Below are positions 24,917 to 38,200 of a stretch of DNA of 64,000 nucleotides, piece after piece. How positions within the stretch are numbered: the first letter of the stretch is position 1; every line of letters begins with the position of its first letter. Both the position numbers and the translations under genes were made by a program. The notes beneath the pieces are model-generated. The model made no database searches and was not told the DNA's origin. It saw only the letters and a program-made list of their open reading frames with translations. Origin of the DNA: Ascidiella aspersa (taxonomy: Eukaryota); the NCBI GenBank assembly GCA_963924565.1, contig OZ004607.1:30256001-30320000 (forward strand). Direction: 5' to 3'.

Positions 24917-26145
24917 ATCTAGGTAGCCTAATAGTCAGATTTGGCGATGGACTAAACTGCATTGTACATCACTGACCGTTTCACCCATGTAAACTTCTCT
25001 TATCGCTTGGGTCATTAACCGCTCACTTAAAAATTCAAGGGGCGGAGGAAGGGGGTAGGCACCTCGGAACCATTGCTATCTCAAGCGATGATTTACAGCC
25101 GTGCATTTGGAAAACTGCTTGCTGCACATTTTTAAAGTATTATTATTTTCGTGGATGGCTAAACGTATAGTAAGTGGTACCAATCGGGCTTTACCGATGT
25201 TTTAATCTGCTCAAACATTTTTAGGTATTAGGGGTTTATGTGATCTTTAACAGCGTCTTGTAAAGTTCCGGAAATCAGTGCGCAAACCACTCTTTTTAAG
25301 AGTAGGTTTTTTAAGAGTATTAGTTATGTCTATATGAAAAAATACCACAAGTCATTGGCAGTAAGAGAAGGAATACAAGCTATTGCCTAAAAAAATAAGT
25401 TTTAAAGTATTTAAACTGGTAAACTATTAAAATTTAGAAAATATCGGGTCGAGCATAAACAAATGTTATCAAGTTTTGTGTCAGCAAAAACATTACATAA
25501 AACCCGTACGCTTAATAACTGATGTACTTAGCACTGTCTAAAATTAATTTAATTACAATCAAGAGCAAAAATATATTTTCAACATCACTGCTTTTATGAA
25601 ACTCAAGAATCAAAACAGTAATTTTTTTAGATGTCTGACTCTAGTCAAATTTGCACGATGCTAACTGCAGCACAATTAAAAGCAGCAAATTGCGTCATCT
25701 CGTAACCGTAGTCAACCTCAGAAAACTGAATCTGCATCGAAAACCGCGGGGGTTTAACTTGCTTTTAGGCAAACGAGTGAAAGTTTTTCTCCGCCTCGAA
25801 TTTTCTGCCGGTTTTCGGCCCAAAATAACCTAATGACGTCAACTGTATTTTTACGCCATCTTCAGAATGCAGTGAACCTAGTCGCCGCCTCTGCGGGCCC
25901 AGTGGGGGCGGTTTGAGGCCTGCTGCGTCACCAAAGCCTTTGCTAAATTCGACTGGAATGTCATTGTTGAATTTCGAATTTCAATGCGGACGGAAATGGA
26001 CTTTTGCGCATAAAAGATTTACGATCAATGCAAAATGTGCGTTTCAAGTGGAAAGGCGAAGCGCGAACCTTAAAGTGCCCTTTTGTGGTTTATGCCGCGC
26101 AGATTTTGTTTGTCAAAACAAGCCGTAAATCAATCGACAGATGTA

Positions 26146-26532
26146 CAGGGTGTCCATAAAGTCTCTTTACAATTTAAAAAATGATTAAAAAGTGAAATGA
26201 TGAGATATCGCAATGAGGTTTGTTTTATGTTAATCAGTATTTCATTAAGTTTTATTGGTACATTAAATACACTTCTAAACAATTCTTCAACATTTAATTA
26301 AAAAGAAACAAAAATATCATTACTTTATTTAACACACTTCTACATGGGCACCATTAGTTGCACGAAGCACATCTAAACGGTTAATTTAGAAATTTTGTCT
26401 GAAACAATAAATTGTAGTGTCAATAAAAACTTTTATGAAATACTGATTAACATAAAACAAACCTCATTGCGCTATCTCCATTTCATGTTTTATGATTTTT
26501 TTTAATTGTAAAGAGACTTTATGGACACCGTG
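26146..26532. mobile_element. Tc1/mariner-type MITE (TA TSD, ~120-bp imperfect inverted ends, transposase C-terminal remnant)
   Basis: TA|cagggtgtccataaagtctctttacaatt ... aattgtaaagagactttatggacaccgtg|TA; subterminal IR 26201-26244 vs 26435-26478; minus-strand RLDVLRATNGAHVEVC* at 26379-26329. Confidence 0.88.
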
Positions 26533-27817
26533 TATATTAGGAGGGTAAAGCATTGGTATAAGACAAAACATGTTAAAACTTAACGCATTTTATCACAAGG
26601 TTTTGAACTGCAATGTAACACAAAGCTAACAAAAATATTGACGCCAACACGTCAAGCAATTTGATCTTCCTTTAACATCCATGACAAACAAACAAGCCAG
26701 AGGCGTCGCTAAGGTTTTCAGATCAAACAACAAATTTCTTTGGGGACAAACTTTTCAAACATAAAAACTTCCCTTAAAAGATTTTCCTTATCTACAATAA
26801 AAATTGTGAATTAAAACAAAAAACTTTTTACCAACATCAATCATTTAAGCAAAAAAATAATATTACTGAAAAATAGTTAGGGTTGGTTTGACAAACCGCG
26901 AAACCCTTGGGAGAAACTTTGTAACCCATTATATAAGGCTAAAAATGCGTCAGTTTGGTTCAATCCTTATTCATACGTAAAAAAATTTAAAATTAAGAAA
27001 CTTATTTAAAATTAAAACATCAACCGTAATGTCTACCTCTTGTGTGAATCTTACATTTTCTTTTAATATACTAAACAAGTATAATATTTCGGTTCTTTTC
27101 TACCTAAACAATTTTCACCTTTGGCTGGACTTTATTTTAATTTTTGATCGACATTGACAGGAAAACTGCAGCCCTAAACCAGAAATTAAACCGATCTTAT
27201 ATTATTGTACTTTCGGTATTGCAATAACGAAAAAACAAATTGAACCTAAAAACACAAATATTTAACCAAATTTCTTCTATTTCATTTAATATCCCTTGTC
27301 ACACTTATTTTACGTTCAGCAGACATAATTTTACTGAAGCACGCTTAAAACAATGCACTCTCCAACCCGCCTGTAAAACATGTTTTTTCCGGTTTGCCCG
27401 CAAACAGGCTTCTCTGCATGCGGATCTCTCGAATCTCGTGTCGGGCGCACGAAAGCAATTGCCCTTGCCATACAAGATTCTTTCACCTGAGCGTTCTTCG
27501 CAAACTTGCAGCTCGCGCTTTTGGGCTCGCGAATGTTCGAGAGGCGGTTCTGTGGCAATGGAGGGAAACAAAAGATGGCTACCGCTGAGTTTTTTCTCTT
27601 AGCGAGCAATCGCGGCGATCGCACCTCTCGTAAACAAAGCTTATCACCGCGTCTCCGCCCGCGCACCGCTGTATATACACATATACACACACGGCCACAT
27701 ATAGATAATATGTATATGTACGCTGGAAACTAGCGCCGGTGGCGTTTTGACAATGGCTGACTGCTGCGATCAAGTTGACTGCGGTTGATCGCTGGAAATG
27801 TGCACGGATGCGCCGGT

Positions 27818-28106
27818 CGCGAACTTTCATTGGCCCAACCGACCCATTAAAAAGTACATCGAAACGAAACCGGACCCCATTTAAAACTCTTGGTCAGTTT
27901 GCAAGTATAAAGTGGTCATTGAAACCTTGTTTCGGAACTTTGATAAAGATTTTCGATGGCCGCGAACTTTCCTTGGCCCCAACCGACCCATTCAAAAGTG
28001 GGCACATCGAAACCGGCCCCTATTTAAAACTCTTTATCAATTTGTAAGTTTAAAATGGTCATTGAAACCTCGTTTCGGAACTTTGACAAACATTTCCGAT
28101 GGCCGC
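27818..28106. repeat. Tandem dimer of a ~143-bp unit
   Basis: Units start cgcgaactttc at 27818 and 27961 and share aaccgacccatt, atttaaaactct and ggtcattgaaacc..tttcggaactttga. Confidence 0.85.
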
Positions 28107-29449
28107 TTTGCTGACCCATGCGCAAAGCCAAGCTTCCAAATAAAGGTTTAAACAAACAAATTTTGTGTTGTCTTAAGTAATTTCGAAGCTGATCTATCAT
28201 ATTTAACGGAAAATAAACCTTTAACGGAAAATAACCGCTGTATTTTCGACAAGAAGTATAAAATACATGAAACTACCATTTTTAACGAACAAGGATAAAC
28301 CAAAACCACTTTACCGATTGACGCATAATGCCAGACACTTTTGCTTCAAAAAACAAAACAACGTAAATCATTTTAAACAACCACTCCTTAGTAGTCAAAT
28401 CTAGTCACTATCGTTCGGTCCTTTCACCATTGCAAAAACATCAAACAAGTCCCGCAGACACGGGGTTGGGCCGAGAGGCCGTAATGCAGCCTAAAATGCA
28501 TGACCATACAGCACAGGCGCGGTATATACGCACGTCATTCACAGACTGATCTTGCTGGTACGACGAAATTTTAACCGGTGCGAACTCTAAACAGGGATTA
28601 TATAAGCAGAGGATGAGAGCATTGACAGGCCCGTTCCCATTCGTGTCAATATAGGATTAGGTGATGATCGTAATGATTAATAAATCTATTATCCAAAGCG
28701 GCTTAATCGCATTTGTCCGTATCGTCCCGCTCGCCGCGCTGCTTGACGTCAGGCTATCAAGATGACCACCCACAATATCGTACCTGCTTTTTTATGTGGT
28801 CAGCTGCTGTTTGGGGAAGAATTTCGGCTTAACGTAAAGATCCTTTCGTAAACTTATATATCTCAATGCCAATTTTTGCGGTTTCGTTACTTGGACGGCT
28901 CCGCAACAAAATTCTATGCTTTATTTTATTGAGTTTACTTAACTATCGAAAATTGAGCTCTAAACAAAAATCTGTTTTCGATAAATCAATAAAGAACTCC
29001 TTCTTTTCAATTTTTTTAGTGAACAGTCTGCAATTTTTTCGCTTTTAAAGTAACCATGTATTTTTACATTTTATTTTTATATTATTTTCAGTGGCGAATT
29101 CATAACAAACGAAAGAGTCAAGCCTTTTTTTATTGCAATTACCATGCTTTGTGCGTTTATGACACTCCTGAAAGCATTTCAAACGGCGTTACGAAGTTCA
29201 AGAGCCGCTTCCTGTAATCTCAAGTAAAACGTAAACATTTCATTGCCAAACAGTATTTGGATCAGGAAAGAGTCCATTGTTAGCGTTTGCGCGTTTACTT
29301 TGATCATTGTCTTAATTTAGAGCTTATTGATCGCCAAACCTCAATCAACAATGAACAAGGCATGGAATATAACTGTAGGCTATGACGCAAATATCTACAA
29401 TTAGGCTTCTGACTGAATTTACTTCATAAAACAAAAATAACTACTATAG

Positions 29450-30198
29450 CAGGGGTCGGCAACCTACGGCCCGCCGATGTAATTCATCCGGCCCGCGGCC
29501 TCTCTGGCAAGTTAGAAACGAGTCTGTTTCACATACTTTTTGACTATTTTAACTACGTAAATGCAAAAAATTTTCGCGCTTCGCGCGAATGATTCATGCG
29601 TCTGCTTTTTTACGTTTTGATGCTGCCTTTTCAAGTACATCAGCGATTGTTAACCGTTAAGCCGTGGAAGGCTGCTGAAAAACGCTGCTTTTACCCTTAC
29701 GCCGTAGAAGGCGTGCGTCGCGCAAAAAAATATTGGACATCTATTTTTTAACATTTTTTTTTTATTTTCGGCAATATAATAAAAACTTGGAAAAAATTTT
29801 AAAAGAAATACCGGTATACCCGAAAAATCGCGATCGCTTCGCTCGCCAGTTGTGCCTTAACTTAAACGCTTAACAAACACTGAGCTAGATTAACTTTAAA
29901 TGTTACCGCGTTCCCTCAAAGTAGTTTTATTATACTTTTCATAAGAAGTATGGATGACGACGTGTGAACTCGAATTTTATACCAAAATAACGTTTTTTTG
30001 CGCTTTACTTGAACACTTTACTGCCTCTGTAGATGTAATTAAACACGTTTTTAAATGCAAAAAATAACCGAGGGGCGCCTGATTCACAGCTGTTCTTACA
30101 TTTTAATAACACAATTCTTAGTTATTATTTTGTGCGGCCCGCAGAGACCTTTCTAACTGGGTTTTGGCCCGCGACTAGAAAAAAGTTGCCGACCCCTG
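29450..30198. mobile_element. hAT (Charlie-like) non-autonomous element with perfect TIR and 8-bp TSD
   Basis: TIR caggggtcggcaac / gttgccgacccctg; subterminal ggcccgc motifs; TSD TACTATAG at 29442-29449 and 30199-30206. Confidence 0.9.
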
Positions 30199-31461
30199 TA
30201 CTATAGTGACAGTAAAAATGCAATTTTTTGGGGTAAATAAACACACGTGTAGTCTACTAACCACTTTCCGGATTATTTTTATTTTTTATTCAGTCAAAAA
30301 ACTGACTTAAGATGTTTGGTAACACTGTTTTACAATAGACATAACCAACGTAGGCAGACAAACAAAAATGTCATACGGCCTAAAAAACTTCTGCACGAGT
30401 CGTGCCAAAAACGTACTACCGGTAATTCCTATTTAGAGTTCAGAATTTAGAATTTGTCTAAAAAACATATGTTTCAATATACAATTAAACCTCTGCAACC
30501 GTGGTTCTCAAACTTTTTCAACTTGTGGTACACTAAGAAAACAAAGGCACACTTTCCATTGTTGTAATGACTTGAGTCAATGGCTTGACTTGAGTGCATT
30601 TGAATTACTGTTTTAAAATTACTTTACTTTACTGGACTCAAGTCGTCATTGTGCCAAATCACTTTATTTTTCTCAGTTTTTACAATGAAAATAATTTGCT
30701 TCCTATATGTTGCGCTTTTCTTATTCTTTAGTGAAGACATTGATTATACACGGACAAGTTTTCCAATTTTCAAAGTTTAACCTAGTTGGCTCGAACTTGC
30801 TGGTCGATTGATAACTATATTAAGCTTTAAATATTGGCACACTCCATTTCGACTTATCTGCAGACACTTTTTTTTATGCGAGAATACAGGCCAAATTTCA
30901 TGAAAATGGATCCAACTAAAAGGTAAAATTATCGTACTTGGCTCAAATGACTCAGGCCAAGTCGAGATATTTAAAAACAGTATCTTCAGTACATTCGCTT
31001 AATGTATTCCACACATTGAATATCTATTAAAAATTACGCAATTTGTGAAACATTATTTTAGGTGGAAATCTGATTCTTGGTATGTCTTTGCTTAGTTTAG
31101 AAACTTTAGACTTTAGACATACAATAGGGTCCACAAAATACGGTCTCTATGTATCCTTAATAGTATAACAGTGTTGACAAAAGTTTCAAAAACTTGGAAA
31201 TTAATGGAAACTTGGCATTACTTCTCTCAGATGGCAGATTACTACACCCCTGTCTGTTATTACAATGGTGCAGGAAAACAGGATTTCGTTCAGTTCAGCC
31301 ACATTCTATTTTTACGATAGTCAGTGTGTTTATCAAAAAAAAAACATTAAATTACTATGTTTAATATCAGACTGAATTAGTGTTGTATATTTGTAAAATA
31401 AAGCATAAAAGAGAAAGTTTGCCCCCAACCATCCTATTTCTCCACAGCGCCACCACTCTCT

Positions 31462-31504
31462 ATCGCCAAGCAACCAGCTATTTTCACCTTTGCCCCTGAC
31501 GTAA
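31462..31504 (+). promoter_or_regulatory. Candidate RFX X-box-like site plus CRE-like site upstream of DYNLT1
   Basis: ATCGCCAAGCAAC (31462-31474) resembles the X-box GTNRCC(N0-3)RGYAAC; TGACGTAA at ~31498. Both lie 90-130 bp upstream of the ATG. Confidence 0.4.
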
Positions 31505-31594
31505 CTGAAATTTGGTCATCAAACAGATATTTTGACTTGAAATCAATTGAGGTTTTTTGGACAATTTTTGACCAACTTTAACGCCAGTTTAGCC

Positions 31595-31936
31595 ATGGAT
31601 GACTTTCAGGCCGGAGAAGAGACGACTTTCGTTGTGGACGACGTTAGCAACGTCATAAAGGAGTCGATCGAAAACACGATCGGGGGAAACGCCTACCAGC
31701 ACAACAAAGTCAACCAGTGGACCTCAAATGTGGTGGAATTGTGCCTGAACCAGCTCACCAAGCTGAATCGGCCCTTCAAGTACATTGTGACCGCGGTTAT
31801 CATGCAAAAGAACGGTGCCGGACTGCACACGGCCAGCTCTTGCTATTGGGACAATTCGACAGACGGAAGCTGCACCCTGAGATGGGAAAACAAGACCATG
31901 TACTGTATTGTTAGCGTGTTCGGCTTGGCTATTTAG
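31595..31936 (+). CDS. DYNLT1: Dynein light chain Tctex-type 1, 113 aa, intronless CDS
   Basis: gccATGg start. [48 protein letters not shown]...[52 protein letters not shown] closely matches recalled DYNLT1. Confidence 0.97.
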   Translation: MDDFQAGEETTFVVDDVSNVIKESIENTIGGNAYQHNKVNQWTSNVVELCLNQLTKLNRPFKYIVTAVIMQKNGAGLHTASSCYWDNSTDGSCTLRWENKTMYCIVSVFGLAI

Positions 31937-32265
31937 ATACGCAGAACGAGTGTTACGTTTTTCCACATTTCGCACATTCACTTGTATTTTTACCGCTTTC
32001 AAAATTAAACTTTTAATGACACTAAGCCTCTATTTTGCAGTTAATGAGATATATGCGCTGTAAAGACACCTACATTTATGGTTTAAAGATTTTCAGGCGA
32101 ATAAATTACTAGAATTTTATTTCTTTTCACAGAAATGTAGTATTTGTGTGCATGTTTATTTTGTTTCGTAAGTTTCCTGTTAAAAATATTAGTGTATACT
32201 GTTATTTTTATTAAACTGTATTATCACCAAATTAGGTTGAAAGTAAGCCTAGGTACATTTGCTCA

Positions 32266-35200
32266 ATGGATGACTGTGACTTGGAAAAACTAACTGCTTC
32301 GCCAGCAAAGCTTTCTCCAAAGTTTAACAGAAATACAACTGAATATGAAGCCACAGTGGCAAGTAGTGTGAAAAAAGTTAAAGTGGATTGTATGACCAGT
32401 GATAGTGGAGCATCTTACCAAGTGTTTGTGAGTTGTTTTGTGTGTTCAAATACATATTGTTTTTGTTTTTTGAAATGTCTTTGGTTTATTTTTAAAATGT
32501 TTAAATAATAAATAATTTGCTCAAGAGTCGGTGCAGGGTTTTTACAAAGTCATTGAGTCTTTAAAAGCTTTTGAATTGATTTGTGTATTGATTTTAATCA
32601 AAAGTTCTATGAAAACATGTTTTTCCAAAAAAGCATTTCAATAGTCTTTGAATTTATCTTATATGAAGCTTTTTTATAATACTTGACTTACCCCTACCCA
32701 AACGCTAACCCAAATAATGTTAATATAAGCCCCGGGACGATTACATTTTAGGTCTTCAAAGAGCTACACATTTTTTTAAAATGTCTTTCAATTATTTTCA
32801 TAAAACTGTGTGGCAACCCTGCAGTGGAAATCATAAAATTTAGCCATATTTGTCACATGCATCAGATGTTTTGTGCTTTAAATAATTGTAGTTGCGTATA
32901 ACCAAACAAAATGTCATAAAACAACCTCAAGTAAAAAGGAATATTTTCAAAAAAATGCTCACAACATATTACCTCTAGTTAGATATATAAGAGAAACTAA
33001 AATTCACAGACAAGTCTTTCAAATACCTTAAAATTTGAAAAAATATATATCAGGTTTAAACATCACTCAAGTTGTAATTATGGGTAAACGTTTTTGGAAA
33101 AAATATTTTTGGAAGGTTTTTATGCTAGGGAGCAGGTGGGGAGAAAAGCATACCCTTAACAGAAGGTGCTGTTACCGAAATCAAAATAGAAGTATCATCA
33201 GAAGATGGCACGACCAAGCAATACTTCATAAGGGTCAAACGCTTGTCAGCCTCAGATGCCACACTCAAGCAATTGTCAATATCCAATGGAAAATTGGAAC
33301 CTGCATTTACAATGGACTGCTATGAGTACACATGTAAGAAATAACAAAACCACATATCAATAGGTCTCTTGTTAAAGTCCACAATTGTAAATCAATCTGA
33401 TGTTAACAGTGGGCATAATACGCTAAATCAATTATGATTTCTGCAGAAAACAAACAATGTAAACTTCCTAAAGTTAGTTATTTTATATTTGTTTTTTTTA
33501 GAAAATTGTTTCACCTACTAAGTTTATGAATGTTTTCTGCGAAACATTAGCTTTATCCCTTTAAAAAACATCTACAAAGTTTGCATTTCTACAATAATAG
33601 GTAATTTACTGATAAAAAGCACTTGTCAAACAACATTCCACTAACTATGGTGCTTTTAAGCTGTCCTTTATATTGAAGAGCTTTTAGTAATATTCTAATT
33701 GTACATTTTTTCCCATTTTCATGGCACAAACATGGTTAATTTATGTTGTCCTGTCTGTATTTTAGCAACTGTGCCATGTCAAATTACCGAAATCACAGTC
33801 ACAGCAGTTGCACCAGACAAGAAGTGTGTTGTCGTGGTTGCTAATGCAAGTCCAGAGTCAGCGGTTCCTTTGCTGATGGGTGAAACTGTTCTCACTGTTG
33901 CTGTTACCTCAGTTGACGGTAAAAACAGAAAGGTATAGAAAACAAAAAACATACATGATTTAAGTGACCATGTATTTTTTAATGACATGTTGGCTGTTGC
34001 AAACCTTGAATCTTGAGGAAATTTATGCGTTTTACTATTACTGGAGGATAAAGTAAGCTCATGTAGATTTGGATTATTTTGTTCCAACGGCCCATGGCAT
34101 AAATAATTTAGGAAAACAATCTTTCTGGAAACAATGACTTTAAAGTAGCTATAAAATAACTGGAGTCTGAGATATTGAAAACTAGTCTCGCACTTTATAA
34201 CTAAAGTAATTTCCATAATCCAACTCCAGCCAAATTTACCAATGGCTTTGAGTATAGAGTCTGGGTCTGACTCTACTGAAAATTTTCCATTATATGCTAT
34301 CCAACCTTTTATTGGTTTCCAATTTTCTACAAGCATATGTCAGACTATATTTTCATTGAGTTGTGAATCCCTGTTCAACATATTACTTTACGTTGTTTAA
34401 GTTCTGTTGAAAAACATTATTTTAAAATGTTTTGTTCACATGAGGGCTCTGTTTATTTTTAAACCTATAACTACAATTCTTATTGATACAGTTTTAAACT
34501 TGATTGTTTTAGTAATTTAGCCTCTTAGGTTATAAAAAAATATTTTTGTGATTACAATTTCAAACATTATTCTTAATTGATGGTTGCTGCAATGTCAAGG
34601 AAAATATTCTTACAATAAATTCCATTAGAATTGCAATAGTATTTGAGTTATGCTGTTTTTTATCATTGAAAAGAGTTATGTGCCAATTTTAATCACAATA
34701 CAAACATATCACGAATAATAATTAACATAGCAATTTTGTGTCATGATTGTAGGACTACACAGTTGTGGTAAGTCGCAAACAACTGCCATGGTATGTGGTG
34801 CTGAAAGATGAGGGCAAAGCACAGTCCTGGGAATGTCCGATGACTTTAAGTCCGTTCTACAATCCTGTTGCTATTGCTGGATCAGACCCCAGAGTGGTGA
34901 TGTCACAACCTTGTATTGACATGTTGACTAGAAGGTATGCAGTGAGCAAATATTTTTAAAGTAGCCTTTGTATATGTATATTTTTACATGACAAAGTATT
35001 TTATGTTTTTTGATTGTTTTGCATCACAAGAATCTTCATAGCATAAACAATTACGTTTGTTGATAACTTTGGAATATCAAAAGTTCGATTTAAACTTTAA
35101 TTGTTGTAAAACATCAAGGTATAGCTATCTTGCTCAACTGCAGTTGTGTGAAGCTCTGTTGAAACAAAAACTAAAAAGTTTTGTATCTATAATATTATAT

Positions 35201-38200
35201 ATATATATATACAGTACATGTAGATTTTAATGAAATTTAAGTTTGGTGAAAAAGCAAAATATGTGCCTCATTTACGTTTACGTGTATGTAGATCTAAGGT
35301 GAATCCAATGAATGAAGCTGCTCTTGACAAGGATTGGAAAGTAATTGACACCAAATTAGACCAAGAATTATCAGACACTCTTGCCTTGTCGGTTTACAAC
35401 TATAAAGGTAAGAATTTTCACAAAAAAATAAATCCTGCAATAAGAAACTATTGATTTGAATGTTATTTAAGTACTGGCTTAACATTGTGGAATTTTACTT
35501 TACAGAGTTTTTTTTTGTTATTTCAACTAATTATTTTACTTGTTGCCTATCAAATGAGGGTCATCTTTCTACCAATCTACAATTTTTCTACAAATTAAGG
35601 GGTCTCTGAAGAGCTTCCGTTGAAAAACATGGCAAACCGCATCACTTCCTGTGAGCAAAAGCCAAGTGAGGAGGTCGACACCAAAAAAGTAACCGAAAGT
35701 GCCTGGTACAAGGCCGACTTCGAAGGCTCCAGTACAACAACCAAAACTATTTCACACAAAGTAGAGGTATGTTAAGAATATGGTTGTAGCAGGGTACCTA
35801 TTTCAAATAGTTTAACCTGTATTAATATGTATACTAAAATTAGCCAGATTGGTAGTGTTGAACTGACTTAATTAGTAAATATAGTGTTATTTAAGCTAAT
35901 TGTTAAATGTAATATAATTATTAACTGCTACTTGTTTCGGTTTTTGCTGTTCTGCTCAAAATCCTGCTCTACAGAAGATTGGCCTTAAGATATTTTGCAA
36001 ATGTTTTGCCTGGGAATGGCTTTATAGTAAACACCTTTTGATAAAAGAAAAACGTTTATTTGAACTACATTTTCCAAAAATGAGGAAACTGTATATTTGG
36101 TATATAACTTTAAATTCAAACTGTGAAAAGCACTTATACAGGTTTAAGATTTTAGATAAAATGCGATGTAACAAAAACAAAAATCGGTAAAGAGCTATAG
36201 TCGTTATTGCACAACAGTAGATAATTTCTACATCAATTTATTACAAGCAGGTGCGCAACTGGGAAAAGCGTTTACAGCACATGGCAAGCGACACCAACCC
36301 TGATACGTTGGTTAAAGAAGCGGACAAAAAACAAAAGTCCTATCGACAGAAACTGCCACTCAAACCAGGTATAAACCAATGTGCAAAAAAAAACACATGC
36401 GCCATGCATCGTTAGTAAAAATTCAAGGTTGTGTTTCCAAGATCAGCAAAAGTTGTAAAACAAAATCCAAATTATTTGTATTTCCACGATAAATATACAT
36501 ATACAAAATTCTTTGTGTCTTTTGAGTTGCTACTTTTATTTTTCAGTTGTTTTTAGCTTGTAAACAATTACCCCAAACGGAGTAATTCAATAATTTTAGC
36601 GCGTTGTTTGGGAATGATATTAGATGGTAATGTGGTATCCCAAATCGTTTCAATTTTTATTGTTTATTTGAATAATAGATCAATCTAGAGTGTTTTTTTC
36701 CTAATTGATTACATATCATGCATTACACTGCACTTGAAAAAAAAGTGTTAAACAAAATATTGTTTTAGATTATTATCAGGGCTGGTGACGCTTTTTAAAG
36801 GTTAACAACCCCTGTTATATTTAAACATAGACCATATACATCACGCCATATTTTTCAACGTCAGCTAACAACTTGTTTACGTTCAAAATCCAGGAGAGGC
36901 TGCGAGGTTTCCGGAAGGGGAAGCCCCGTCCGACGACTTGCAGCAGTCGTGCGTATGTCTGGCCGCCGCCCTCAAGGTCAAAAGCAATGACGCCAAGCTG
37001 CACCTGCGCCTGGGACACGCGCTCGAAGAGAACCACTACCTGAAAGAAGTGTTCGGACTGCACAAGCACGTAGGTTGTTTGCTCGTGTCGTGTGTAGTCA
37101 CAACTACCAAACTGTTTAAACGAGTGATTGTGATTTGGCTACTGTTTGAATTGCAACGGCAAAGGCAGATCGCAGCGTGTCAATATGGCTGTTGATATGC
37201 TCTTCAAGTCGTTTTGTGGAAAGCGATAGCGATGGTTTGTTATGTTGAAAATGAATAAAGAGTTATTCCAAACGTTCAAAATCATAGCTACTTCTGTATG
37301 GGCTTTGATATTCTTATTACGTCTTACTACAACCTCCAACCATTAGGCTCCAATTGTTTGTTTGATGTTTAACTATTAAACATTCATACAACATATGCAC
37401 TTCGCAGTTTAGCGAAATGACAAAGCCAAAAATATGGTAAAAATTAGAACAACCTTTGGGTTGACTTTTTGCCTTTAAACATTGTAGATGAGTTGGAGCC
37501 AATTTAAAAAGTCCACATTTAATAAATATGACAAGCACATATTTTCTTTACCTGTCGTTCAAATGCTAAAACCAGTTAAGTCTCTAAAATGTGAATTTGT
37601 GGGTAAATAATAGACTAAGCGTCGCAATCATCTGCCACTGTCGGTCATTGAACTGACATTCCGATCTAAGGTTGCAACTTGCAATTCAAACAAATGGCAA
37701 TCAAAACAGTAAAAATGAATTTGACAAGTGTACAAACACCATGAAACTCTATTATTATTTAACATATGTGAGGAAACGATCAACCTTTACGGCAAGTGTT
37801 GCAGTGGTTCGAACAGAGTTACGGGCCATGATCTATTCGTGACACAGCGCCTGAACGCAGTATGCAATTTTGATCGAACGCGATCACAATTTTAGAGCAG
37901 GGGTTTTTAAACGGGGTTCCATTCACCCCTTGGTGATCCGGCAACTAGTGTTAGGGGGTCCATGAAGGCCAAATTGAAATATTAGTGTGAAGTACACAAT
38001 GAGAAAGTACACAAAGAAGTACACAATGATGGGTTCCGTTATCGTTGCCCAACATGGCTTCAGAAGGACTTGACCAACGAATACACAATCATTATGTATA
38101 TGTATGTTTCAGTTGTATTAAAGGACTAATCAATTTTTCAAATATATTTTAACTCTATTTCTCTTTTACATTTTTGGACTGAAATCAGCAAATTTATAAA

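Noticed and set aside
28599-28793. TATA box, small hairpins and a T6 run resembling a Pol III ncRNA gene
   Set aside because: No motif matching U6, U6atac, 7SK, MRP, SL RNA or a complete C/D box pair was recognised; an Infernal/Rfam scan is needed
31547-31594. N-terminal extension of DYNLT1 in the ORF track
   Set aside because: It starts at TTG; the ATG at 31595 has a good context and gives the canonical 113 aa
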